From assembly GCA_965235115.1 (NCBI GenBank), contig OZ249436.1, forward strand, positions 59,582,001 to 59,646,000: a DNA stretch of 64,000 nt, in the 5' to 3' direction. Each line of letters starts with the position of its first letter. The stretch's first letter is position 1. The notes under the pieces are model-generated. The model was given only the letters and a program-made list of their open reading frames with translations. It ran no database searches and was not told the DNA's origin. Positions 13,901-26,200 of this stretch are shown here, one piece after another. The translations under genes were made by a program, and so were the position numbers. The stretch is from Laetmonice hystrix. Its lineage: Eukaryota.

Positions 13901-15036
13901 CTGCACCCCATTTTTTCAAGTCCATTCTTAGCACCCAGCGGTAGTCACCCCTTTTACAAAGAGTACAAGCTGTAGCCCCAAGGGAAACCGACACGTGAAC
14001 CAGGCGTTCCGAAAATGGAACCCACTTTCTCCCGCCCCATCGAAGATGGAAAATTATATGCTGCCTGCCTACTCATGCATGTGGCGCTCATCTGCCGTTT
14101 GTGTCTGCGCTTATGTTCGATAATGTGTGCGATCTTTAATTGAAGGCCTAATTGGGGGGCACACTTGTGTAATCCAAGATGAAACATTCCCCCGACAGGA
14201 CTTGCTCCTCTTAGGCTCATCACTGCTAAATGTGCTTTAAAATGCACTAAATGCATAAAAAGTAGGGGTTATCGAATGGACCTGTGTTTATTTGTTGTTT
14301 TCCAGCACAATTATGATGTACGTTTGCATTAGTCTCATCTTTCAGCGAATCTTGAGCTTTTGATTCTCATCTCTCTGTTAATGGCAGAAGGGGCTGGTAT
14401 TATTTAAATGCATCCCATGAGCCAGTGATTCAGGGCTTCTCTGGAAACAGAGCATGAAAAGATGAAACATCGCGTTCCCCCGAAGACCCACATCATTCTC
14501 AGGTGTCCAGAGGGTTGCATTCTGCAAAGGTCACGCCAAGATAAAAAGGAGACTTTTAGGGGATTCGATTCTTCCTAAGATTTCAGGTTTTGAGATGGAA
14601 TGTTAAGATTTTGTTAATATTTCGTGTTTTTCTCCATCTTATGATCTATGAGGAAAACAGCTGTGGATTCGTAAGAGGAGACTTTAAAATTTAATGCCAC
14701 CGTACGGACATCGGAGTACTTGAACGAGGGTAGTTCACCATTCGGAGAGGGGCAAAAACCCGGGAGCAGTTGGCATGTACATGGTGGTAAGGGGGGGGAG
14801 CGGGATGGTAGTCAGTGCCGAGTTGAACGTGGACAGATCTGTATGATTGAGAAGCCACATCATAGGGCCAGTCACCATCCGCCCATCCATGAGTAGCGGT
14901 ACGGAGTCTCCGACCGAGCGTGTGTGGGTGTGTGTGGGGTGCCCTGCCAGTGCTGGATGGGTGTGGGTGTAGCGAGAGTAGCAGCCATCTAACCCCCCGT
15001 CCCTCAGCCCCTGCTCACAACACACAGCCCAGCCCT

Positions 15037-15049
15037 CCCCCCCCCCCCC
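15037..15049 (+). repeat. Poly-C run (13 nt)
   Basis: Read directly from the sequence. Confidence 0.9.
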
Positions 15050-17221
15050 TTCCACCAGCCACCGAGTGGTAACATCGCTGCCCTTTGATGTGCTCCACGT
15101 GACTAGTAGCGCCTCCTTTGTAAGTGTGACATGTGCGCGCAAATGTCTCTATTGGCCCAACCTCCCAAACCATAGAGTACCGAACACACAACCCTGCATC
15201 CGCTCACACTCTCTCCGGCACCGTCACACACGTGCCACACAAGGTTAGGAGGCCGTCTAAGAGGAGGTCTTTCCTGAAAAACTAGAGGCGCCGAAATAAT
15301 ACAAATAACAACCTTTGGAAATCACTGAAGTCTGAATCTGTAGGCAGAACAACCAATGATGGGCGTACAATGTGGTGGACCGACCGCGAATGTTGCCTCT
15401 AATTTTCCCCACCAGGGTGCACTGCTGTCTGCTAGGCCGTGTTTACTTGTATAGCTGCCATTCAACATGTTACATACAGTACAGAAAAAGGCCGCCAACC
15501 GACAGAGTTGCCAAACGTTCTATGTAACATGCATGTATGTCGCATAGAACCTTGATCTTGTTGCTGTATATATACTAGCAGCACAGCTTTTATCGTCGTC
15601 AGGTGTTGGTGTAACGACACATTTTGTAGCTGGGGGCCGTTTCAGTGTAAACTTGCCACTCCTGGTGACCCAGACAGAGGGCTGCTATTGCGGCAAAATA
15701 CAGCAAAATATGAGAGGTGTTGTGTGTCAAGATGTTTAGGTTTTCAAATGGAAGGGGAGGAGATGGCATGTGCATTGTTTATTGTTTCCAAATACAAACT
15801 TTACATCTGGTTTTCTGCTGTTTTCGCTTGGCCATGATAGTTGCAGACCTGGCACTAGTGGCAGCGGGACAGGACTAGGGAGAACTCGTTCTAACGGGCG
15901 TATTCTTTTAATCAGTCTTGTCGATGGGTCTCAGTCTCCGTACCCGTCACTTCGGGGATATGAATTATCAAAATTACATCTATTTTTTTTTCTCTAATTC
16001 TATCTTTTATTTTTCCTCTTGATTTCTTTTCTTTCTCCGTCGTGCTCCTTGCGGGCAGAGAATGTGTTGAAAGAGGGATGGTAAACAATTGGCAACACTA
16101 ATCCAATTACCAAAACAAACATGTTTAGGTATTCCATGAATAAAAAGACTTATCATTCCCGTGGCAGGGCTAATCCAAGCTACGACCCCGCCTGGCAATT
16201 TTTTGTTGGTATTAAGTGTGAATCCCATTGTTGTAGCTGTTTACACAGTGATTTAACCTCCCGAGCGGAAATTTGGGTGAATATTTGGGTGAGTGGTGGG
16301 GTCCATCTGGACTGTCTCCGAGATTGACCAACTGACTCATAGTAAGTCAACATAAAAGGTACCAGACTAGGAGTAACCCATCGCCAGCAGTGTTATGACA
16401 GTTTTAAATTGACAATTTATTATTCGGCCAATAAAATGCTTTCATGAAGCCCGAGGGCCACTTAACGTCCATAAATGTCTGTTACGCTCGTGGCACTTTT
16501 TTGTTTTGAATAGGACTTGGACGACCTTGAGCATTGTGATAGGGATGAGTTTGTACATTAACCGGCCCAATGGTTTGCTATGGGTTCATATTCAAAGTAG
16601 GCCCGCACAGAAGATGGGGCACCGAGGAGGTGCAAAAACAGTGTGAAAGGCCATTTTGCAGGCAGAATCTTCAACTTTAATGGTTCACCAGGGAGTTTAA
16701 ATGAATGCAGGGCAGTGCGGTTCGCATGCTATCAGCTAAATCATCGCAGCTTTTGTTACAAGCCTTCAATGCTTCAATTCCCACCCAGCTCGTCTGGCTG
16801 CGATTTAGCTGCGGTTGAATATTAAAAATACATTTGGTGTAGTTAAGGGTGATAGAGATTTGGAGAGAGAGTGGCCCGGATGGAGAGAGGCAGTGAGTCC
16901 CCAGACACTCGGTGTGGAGCCACTGTCCACGGCTCACTTTGATTCATGTGGCTGAGTTATATATTTGACAGCCGTACCCATGACTACACGAGGGTGTGCC
17001 GTGGTGGCCTTGCCTGGCACCGTCCCACGGCGCACTCCGTGACCAAATGATCCAACAAGCCAGCCACCATCCGACACGGCTAGGGCCTACCTACACACAA
17101 GATCGGCTTCGCTCACACCTGACATGCAAGTTAATAAAAGGGTGCGCGGTCGAGCTGGGATTGTGATTTCTTATAGAGTCTTGGCTTCGGCCCCGCAGGC
17201 TGCACAGACACTTGAACCCCG

Positions 17222-17236
17222 CCCCCCCCCCCCCCC
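17222..17236 (+). repeat. Poly-C run (15 nt) followed by a short AC repeat
   Basis: Read directly from the sequence. Confidence 0.9.
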
Positions 17237-20200
17237 ACACACACACACAGCACCCACGTCATTCGTTTCAAAAGAAGTTATGTGAATTGAATTTTCGGGG
17301 TGTTTTTTTTTCTTCATTTTTCTCTCCTGTGTATCAAGCTGGTAAAAATACGGGTCTTGAAAACGATTGATTGACCTATTTGATCTGTAAAGCGTGTAAA
17401 TAATGAATTAGCGTCTGTGAATTCTATTTTGTACTTTTTGACTTTAGATTGTATAAATGTCATATGTAAACGTAATCCTGGGGGGGGAAGAAATACTCTG
17501 TAACCAGATACAGATTACCTGAAATAAAACAATAGCTGAGCTGCCTTGAAACAATAGCCTGGTTCAAAGTGTTTCTATTGAAGTGCCTTTGGTGTCCATA
17601 GGGTGGCATGAATGCACGTTAAGAAAAAAAATCAATGCTATTATTGAAGTGTTCTTGGATACTCAAGTCATGCACTGATCTAGTGACTCTTTCTTTTGAT
17701 TCGCTACCATCTTCAGAGGAGAACACTTCCCGCCAAGGAAAGGCAGTGTGCGCCAGCAGTACTGGTGCTGCCACCTCTTAAATCGACACTTTCCCTATCG
17801 GCTTGTGCCGTTACAGTTACACTGTCGGCGTTACTGGGTCCATTCTGTGACAAGAAATTGTAAATTGTCAAGTGTACAGGGTCGAGACCGGGCTGTGCTG
17901 GACTCGAAATGTAAATACAGACTAGCTGAAGTTGATCCAGCCTCGTCCGTCGCTAAACCTTCACTTATACATGTAGTAGTACACGTATTCTTAAATTAGT
18001 TTTTTCAATTTTTGAGAAGGGTGTCAGTTAAGTAAGTTTGTGATTTTGACTTGAAGACAGGCTGCTTTTGACGGAAGGGAGGACTATCCGTAAAATGTAG
18101 TCTGCTAAGTTAGTGGACATCTGCGACTGTTTGAATATATTCCAATGTTTCACAGATTTTGTCCGACCTTTTGATCTGTGTCACTATCACATAACTGTCT
18201 AACGACAGTCAGGATGTTCAACTGTTGGAGCGCTCAGTTATACCTACACAGACTGCGGCCGAGTTGACATAGTACAGCTTTCCTTCTTTATCGGTACATT
18301 TTAGATTTGATATTAATGGCATTATCAATGTAACGTGAAGCTCTCGTCCATTTCTTAATGTTTAAAGTCCACACCATCTTTAAGTGAATTCCTGAGATCG
18401 GAAATTGGCTCTGGCATTAGACATGCTATTTTCAGATTAAGCCAGATAAAATGACATGTTTTACAAATTGCCAGTAGACAGGGGGAAAATATAAGTTATA
18501 AATCACTCAACACTTAAGAAACTTGTGACTCGATGAGGACGGTACAAAGATGACTGTGATCGTGACAATTGAAACGTTTATCGTTGCTTAAAACTTGGAA
18601 TGTGCCCTTTGCCTGAAATCCACATTAATGATACATGTACATGTATTGCTTTTTCAAAAGTGGAAGATTTTGAAACCAGTGTAGTCTTGCCTGTACATGT
18701 GTGATACACTTTTCCCCCATTGGTTAGTTTCTGTTTTATTAGATGTCAGAATATCTTTTTGACATGCCATGCAGGCATTTGGGTCTGAGTCTGGATAACC
18801 CAAGCATCTGACTAATTAATAGAACGACAATAAAATGTCCATTAAATGAAAGCTTTTAAAGAAATATCTAGATCTAGAAAATGACTTGTGTAACAAAGGT
18901 CCGTTAGGAATGTACCGTGGTTGTAAACTGCGATTTGTTTCGGAACTACGCCATTCACTGGACAGTGTTAGCCATTTCGAATTCGAATCTTCAAATGCTT
19001 TATGCTCCATAAACTATCTAGTGTGGCTAAAAATCGGTTGGATAGTGCTCTCTCCTAAAGATTTGAGGGATAAGTTTGGAAAGATGTTTTGGTCAGCCTG
19101 AGTTCAGTTAAAGATAATCGGTTCACCTGACATAGGCTGGTTTAAGAGAGCCGAGAAGCTGAGTCATCATTTACACTAAACGGTGCTTGTGGATCAGGCT
19201 CAGAGTCTGCTTCTCTTGACACAAGACCCCACTGGTATAGTTCAACACTAGTAGGCCCAATAATAGACATCAAAGTGTTGGCCAAGATCGACCTATGATT
19301 AAAGTTGACATGCTATAACCTTTTAGGTTTTAACATCTTGCAAATTGGATTGAAAAGTACCCTGGCGGAGTTCAAATGAGAATATTAATTGGACTTGTTT
19401 GCCGCTATTGGTAAGACCGTGTGCTGGCCTTGATAGCCAGGCCGTGAGACAGAGCCAGGAAATGATGGGTGTATTAGTATGGGAAGCCATCAAGCATATT
19501 TAATTCTTGAACCATACTTCAGAGGAAGGTTTTATGAAGTGAGAAGGTTTCAATTTGCCTTCTAATGGAGAGATATGGCAGGCTGGAGTCAGGGGCCTTG
19601 AATTAGAGAGGTGTGCGTTATTAGCAGGGGGTCCACGGGTAGGAAAGCAGGGAATCCGTTGCTGCACCTTGGATTGCGAGGGCTTCCGTGCTGATGCTGT
19701 GACAATTCAATATAAAGGACTTAAATGTTAGCAACACATAAATCACCATTATGACTTTCATTTCATTTCCCATGGCGTTTATTGCTGCATCAGTGTATTT
19801 TCAGAACCATTAAAACAAATTTAAATGTGCATTCTCCCTAATTTCAGCTGGGGATCTGACAATTAACAGTAATATGACAAATATGTTTTGTTAAATGTCA
19901 GGTTGCAATGGGTTTATATTTTCCATTGTTAAAACAGTGGAGGACGAGAAAGGGGTTTTTCCTCCTCGTCGGTGTTGCCTGTGGCACTCACGGCAGTGGA
20001 TGTATTTTATCATAGTCCTCACTATGTCGCTCCTAGATTACAGATTTAATGCAGGAAATCACACTCAGTATGTTGTTGATAATGATATTTGGCATCTTGG
20101 TTTGGTTTGTGTATGAAGGCGAGCCCCTGGGGCCCGCGCCTCACGTGTTGTGTGTCTATCTCATTATATAGCGACATCTCAACGACTGATCAACTATGAC

Positions 20201-23200
20201 AGTAGGTTAACCGTAATAATCATAAAACAATCAAAACAATATTTCTGCCACATCTGAGAAGCATCACAAGTCCCTTTTTGCCAAACTCTGACTATATTTT
20301 GATGTAGGTAAAGAGTGTCTTTTGTCAGTGTATGAAAGGAATACATCAGATAGTGCACTTGCAGTTACACTGCATTATTACCCGACACGTTTCAAACTAA
20401 TTTCTGATTTCCTGTCACTTGTTTTTAATCTTTGAAAACAAAGAAGAAAACCATGTAAGACAACGTTGACACATGCACTTATGATCCAAAGCACCGGTTT
20501 ACATACATGTAGCCCAGACAGTTCTTGATGAATTGCGACAAGTGTACTTAGCACTTGTGTATCGTCGTACCGATACCTATACGTCACAGTTTGTGGGCAA
20601 CAGCTGTGATAGATGAAATGAGTCGCATTAGAGCACCTTTATCCTGTCCCGAGTAGAAAGGTTCATACACATATACTTGATGCAGAAGCACAGATTTTAA
20701 GTGCACATTTACCTTACCAGAAGCGCTGCCTGTGTTTGTGAAGAACAAAGCTTTCAGGTGGTTGGCAGGGCCCGGACAGGAATAGGTCTTGATGTAGTGT
20801 TTTACAGGGCTCAGCTGTCAGTGTAAGACAGGGTGGCTTACTCCAGGCTAAACTATCGGCAAGGTGAACCTTCTGTAACACCGGGCTCATCGTGACAACG
20901 ATACACTTATCATTAGCTAATAGGCCATATCAGATTATCTAGATTAGGTAGCTAATACACGAACTCCTCTTCAAATTCAAGTGCGGGGATCTACGGTAAC
21001 GTGTAGGTACTTTCATTAGTGAATTCAAAGACCAACATGTTACATAAACCAGCTTATGAGGTCTGGTTGACTTTAGTGTAGTTTTGAGAGATCGATTGGG
21101 GTTGAGCCATCCAAAAGATTGAACCAACCAGAGGTCATCAGGTTGCGTATAATCGGAATGGTAGAGCTCTTCATTCGAAGGAAAGGGCAGGCCGGTTGCT
21201 ACTTCTGCCGCAGGCTGGAGAATAGAGCCCATGTAATTTACAAATGGCTTTAATATACTATATGTCTGGTGGATGACTGGAACACGTTGAAAGGACTAGT
21301 GTAGCATGTACCCGGTATACAATGCGGGCGGGCGGGCGGTCCAACGACCTGAATAAGGTCAGTCGGAACACACCTCAGTATGATAATCCCTTGATCCGCA
21401 AAGCCGGTCCGGGAGCTTGGGTCCCGCTCTTCAAATGTGTGCCTGATCACTAGTGCCAGCATGTAATGGCCGACACTGAGGAAACAAAGAAAACACTCAG
21501 TTGTATTTGTATATATCCAACACTCAGTACAATACGTACGCTGCATGGCATTGGGATAATGTTTCGGGTGATGGGGCGGACACTGTCCAGTGAGCAGAGT
21601 CGGCGGCTGTCCCATGTAATCTATAATTGACCACACACGGGTGGAGGTTGGAGCTATGCCATGTCAGGTGCCCATGTTCAGGCCCAGGATTGGTTGGGAG
21701 TGGTCACACGGTGACGTTTGATTGACCATATATAGGTATAGGATTAGAGACCTCACGGCAGTGCTTTCTGACGAGACAAACACCTCCAGTTGACCCGGGT
21801 GCATTGACTCCTTCACCCTCCCAACTGTCGTGAATGTTGAAAGGAATTTTAGATTAATCTCAAGGGAAAGGCTTAGGATCATTGGTATTCCAGACACTTG
21901 ACATTAAAATGAGAAGGCAGGGTGTGAGAGTTTGATCCGACATCAGTCATGCAGGGGTCAACCTTGTCCAGGTGAACACGGCTCATCCAGCAATGAACAT
22001 GGAATTTCTAGATTTGTCAAACAGAGCCTTTTGATTTGAGGCTGGGTAATGATAGTCAGTGGGAAGAAAGCTCAGGCAAGACTACATTCTTCTTGTTTCC
22101 GCCCCGTGACTTGGGTGTAGTTGTTGGTGGGCAGGGAGGGTCGTGATATAATGACACGGAGGTAATGCACTTCACCCTGTTCTCATGGTCTATGTACAGC
22201 AAGGATATTGGAATTAATTTTCTTAACATTATCCGGGGGCACTGGTGGCATATTGCTTCTTAGAATGCAATGAATCCGAGGTATTGGTGAACAGTGAAGC
22301 CTGATTTGAACTTGTTGACAAGAAACACCTGTGTTATAAAGTGAGAACATGTTGTCATGGTGTTGGACCTTGATGAATATTGCGCCCCGCACCGGTTGAA
22401 ACAGAGGAAACGAGCAAAATTCCAGGCGTGATGAAGATAATAGGGGTTAGAATGCTTGCAGTCGGTTGTATGCCTTACACTAAATGAACGGTGAAAAGTA
22501 TCCTGGCGACCTGGGTAGAAGTACCTTGGGGAAAACATTGCGTGGCATTGCACTCATCAGAATGCAATAGTTGGATGTGATTGACACCATGGCGAGTTTT
22601 AACAATTGCGAGTGTGTGGACTGAGGAATGCGGGATGTTGGGGGCGAGGGGAGGGAGGGAGGCGGGGGTGACTTGAGATTGTCAGCCCCATCTCGCCTCC
22701 CCCTCCGTGGAATCCTCCCCATGCCCCCACCCAACACCCCCTACCCCCCCAGCCGGTCCGGGCTGACAATCAGAACGTGCAGGTGTCGGTCCTTCCCTCC
22801 ACCGTCTTCCTACTTCAGCAAACTGGCGCAGAATTCCGACCTCTCGACGCTGAAAGCGGGCCGAGTCAGCGGCGGCCCACAGAGTACGGTTTGGTTTACC
22901 ATAATCGTGTGATGAAGGATGCTGCTCTGCTGGTGCTCGAGTGCCGAAAGATGGATGGCCATCACTGTGTGGGTCTCCTTCCTCCCCCCACCTCCGCCTA
23001 CCAACGATCCCAAACAACACCCAGCAGCCTACCCACGTATTACCAACACATTTTCTTTTCTACACGCCGGAGGCCAATCTAGAGACTCCCTAGGGAGGTA
23101 GTCTCCGACAAACATGTATAACTCAGGGCGAGGAATGAACAGTATAAAGCAGTAATGTTTGGTGGAAAGATAAGATAGCAAAGTCGGGTTGATACGGAAC

Positions 23201-26200
23201 ATTAGAGATACTGTCTCCTTTTTTACCTGTTTCTTCTTCACTCTCGCCTTGTCTTCTACACAAATTATTCATCCTATTCAAGAGACGTTCCTGTTTCACA
23301 TGTTGGCCAAAAAGAACATTATAAGCTGATAATGTTGACCCTCCCCCCACCCCACACTGGTCGTACGGATATATGTGTTCATGGGATAGATATGTCTTGA
23401 GAACAGGGCATCTTTGAACAGTTTGGTGGGCTTTAGAGAACAGCACCAAGAAGTTTTCCGCCCTCAGCCAACCGCAAAGCTTTGATCCATTAATGACCCA
23501 GTTAAAATGGCACACCTGGAAGAAGGTGTGAATGGCCCTATTGATATTCCTATGAAGCTGATTCACTCTATGATTTGAAATGAAAGATACTTACCACCTT
23601 GAAAAGGAAAATGGGATCTGCTGATACTTTACCAGAGCACTTCGAACAAATTTCTTTCTTTGCGGCACCTCATTTGAATTTTATCAATGGGTAAGAAAGC
23701 CGACAGTTTAAGCGCCAATCATTACCAGTTTACTCAAAAAAGAGGAAAGAAAGGGGAAAAGGGCTAGTAATTATTTTAGAAATTAGGAGTACACTTACCA
23801 AATCGTTATCTAGTAGTAGCTAATTAATTTCAAGGGACTAGCTCTTTTTGCAGGGAGGCCAAATTTACAAACAGGGTCTGTATGTGTTTACTCCTGGGTC
23901 TTTGTCGGCTAGTGAAGCTAATAGATATTTTATGGAGGCTTTGATCTACCAAGGCTTTTGATCAGTGGAGGGTGTTGTCATTTTCTCTGGTGTAACTGTC
24001 TACTGCATAAAGAGGAGAGATAAAAGCAGGTTCATCCTGGCAGGCGAGGTCGAGCGACACATGGGGCAGGTAACTTAGAACCCCGTACACTCGGCAGGCC
24101 TCTTTAGCCCGCCACAAGACAAGGGAGGCCACAGGCCTTTAATGGCTGTGGCGCTCGGCAGTCCTCGCTGAGGTCAGCCCCGCTTACCTGCTAACTGTTG
24201 AACCAGGAGACATACAGACAGCCGTTCGTAGCCGACATGCCCACCCTGAGAGACGGCACTCATAGTTATGAAAACTGCTTTTGTTTTTATTTAACCAAGT
24301 TACTCTCTGTATGGATCCGCGATGAATGTGAACAAGAATTCGGCCGCGTGTGTGTGGGCGGAGGCTGGGTGGCTGACATAGGGCAGAGGGAATGCTGGTC
24401 GACTGACTGCTGTGTAAAAGGTACACGGTGGAAAAGTGAAGTTTTGCAAAGCGGGCTTCTGTAAATATGTGTGAATCTTGACAGGGCGGGTCTGCGGCGA
24501 CCCCGGTGATGATGCCGTCCCATTCCACAGCGTTGGCAGCCAGGGTGTGACGTGAAGAGACCGGGGCTTTCATTTGGTGCACACACGCGCTCTCCCCTGG
24601 GGCCATGATGTACAAATGGGATGTGGGCAGGCCGTGCCGACACCGCCACTCGGGCGGTGCCGCGGCTCGACCTAGACTTACGGCATCAACGCTGTTACGG
24701 GACGAACGACCCTGTACAAAATCCCACTTTACACTTGAGTAGATCACCAAACCCTCCCAAGTATGACGGCTTGTGTCTGGAAAGATATGAACTAAACAGT
24801 GTTAAAATATGCTAATTGTAACACCGCAGAAGAAATTCGGAAATCGTAGATAGATGCAGGCATTAAGAAACCTTAAGATTCCTTTTGAAGTTCCCAGACC
24901 CAAATATGTGATTTCTGTATTGAGCCTCACTGTCTTGAAAATAAAACTAAGGTTGTATGACCATAAGGACTGGATGCTGCAACTCATTAGCATATATTAG
25001 ACCTCACATTAAGCACCTAATTTGCATTACAGATCAAAGGCTATTCCATTGATTTACATAATGTATGGACATTCCGAATTCATTACAACCCCATATACCG
25101 CAGATCACTTCAGAACTGCTGCCAGATATCAATTAGATTCAATCAACAATCCGGCTACCAGGTTACAAGTAAATTGATGTGGACAACCCAGCGCTTGAAT
25201 CAGTTGCATAGGAAAGCCATTTAGAATATTTCAGTGAGTCCTCTCAGTGTTACTTTGGCGATTGTTAAAAGATGTAATCAACAGTAAGGTTGCAGTTATG
25301 ACACTTTGCTTTCGACAAGGTCATTTCAGTAACAAACGGAACTGGGGCATGTGCTATTTACTTTTTTTCATTCTTATTTACTTATTATAATTTTTTATGG
25401 GGGAAAGTTGCCATCCATAGTCACATATCTGTAGAAGTGTCAAACACTTATGACGACTACGCAAGTGTAAACCATGGTGTTGTTAACGACAGAAAAAATG
25501 GAGTTTGAGGGGCAGGCCGGAGGGGTTGATGGCTGGGTCATAATGCACAGTGCTGAGAGGAGAGGAAGTCACGGCTGGGGCCGGTGGAGAGCTCTCCACC
25601 ATACTGACTGATGGTCCTTAGTCGCCCTCGCAGGAATTTCTCAGTAAGAAATGGGAGCAGTCCTCAGGGGGTTGCCCACTTGAAACTGCGTATGGTGCTA
25701 TTCATTTTTGCCGTAGGTTATGTTATGAAGGAAAAGGATATTGAGCCGGTGGCGACCCCAGCCTACCCCCAGCCAGGAAGGATGAGCTTGGTATACATCA
25801 GTGTCAGCGGCAGGCAGACAGCTCTGTCCCTATATAAACATTAGCTGCGCCCCTCATCTGCCCCCAGTGGCCAGCCTGGGCTCAAGGTCTTGTACTGGGC
25901 TTGCACTTGAAGATTTCATACTGGTTTTATCTGCTATCATGATGGTTATCCCAGTGTTCTCCCGTTGATCGACCAGCCATGGTCTTGCATACTGAAATTG
26001 ACCCTTTGCTTACTGTACATACAAAGCCCATATCAGCACGGCCGGGCCACACAAGTATGGCTGCGGGATGAGTGGGTCTTTAGGGTTTATTCAGAAGATA
26101 TAGTTAGGACTTATTCCCAAGGAAATCTTGAAGTTCTAAGCAGTCATAACGTTCATAATTAAGATTATTGACAAGTTTCATTGGGGCTCACATGAACGCG

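Noticed and set aside
23123-23566. 147-aa minus-strand ORF, considered as a transposon remnant
   Set aside because: It has no RT, integrase, transposase or endonuclease motifs.
23586-24190. Three minus-strand donor-like motifs suggesting an antisense spliced RNA
   Set aside because: GTAAGT-type hexamers are expected about 15 times per strand, and I found no matching acceptor-exon structure.
24184-24750. Longest ORF in the track (188 aa, minus strand)
   Set aside because: It has no recognisable domain or splice context and lies over a GC island where stops are rarer. This length is plausible by chance across six frames of 64 kb.
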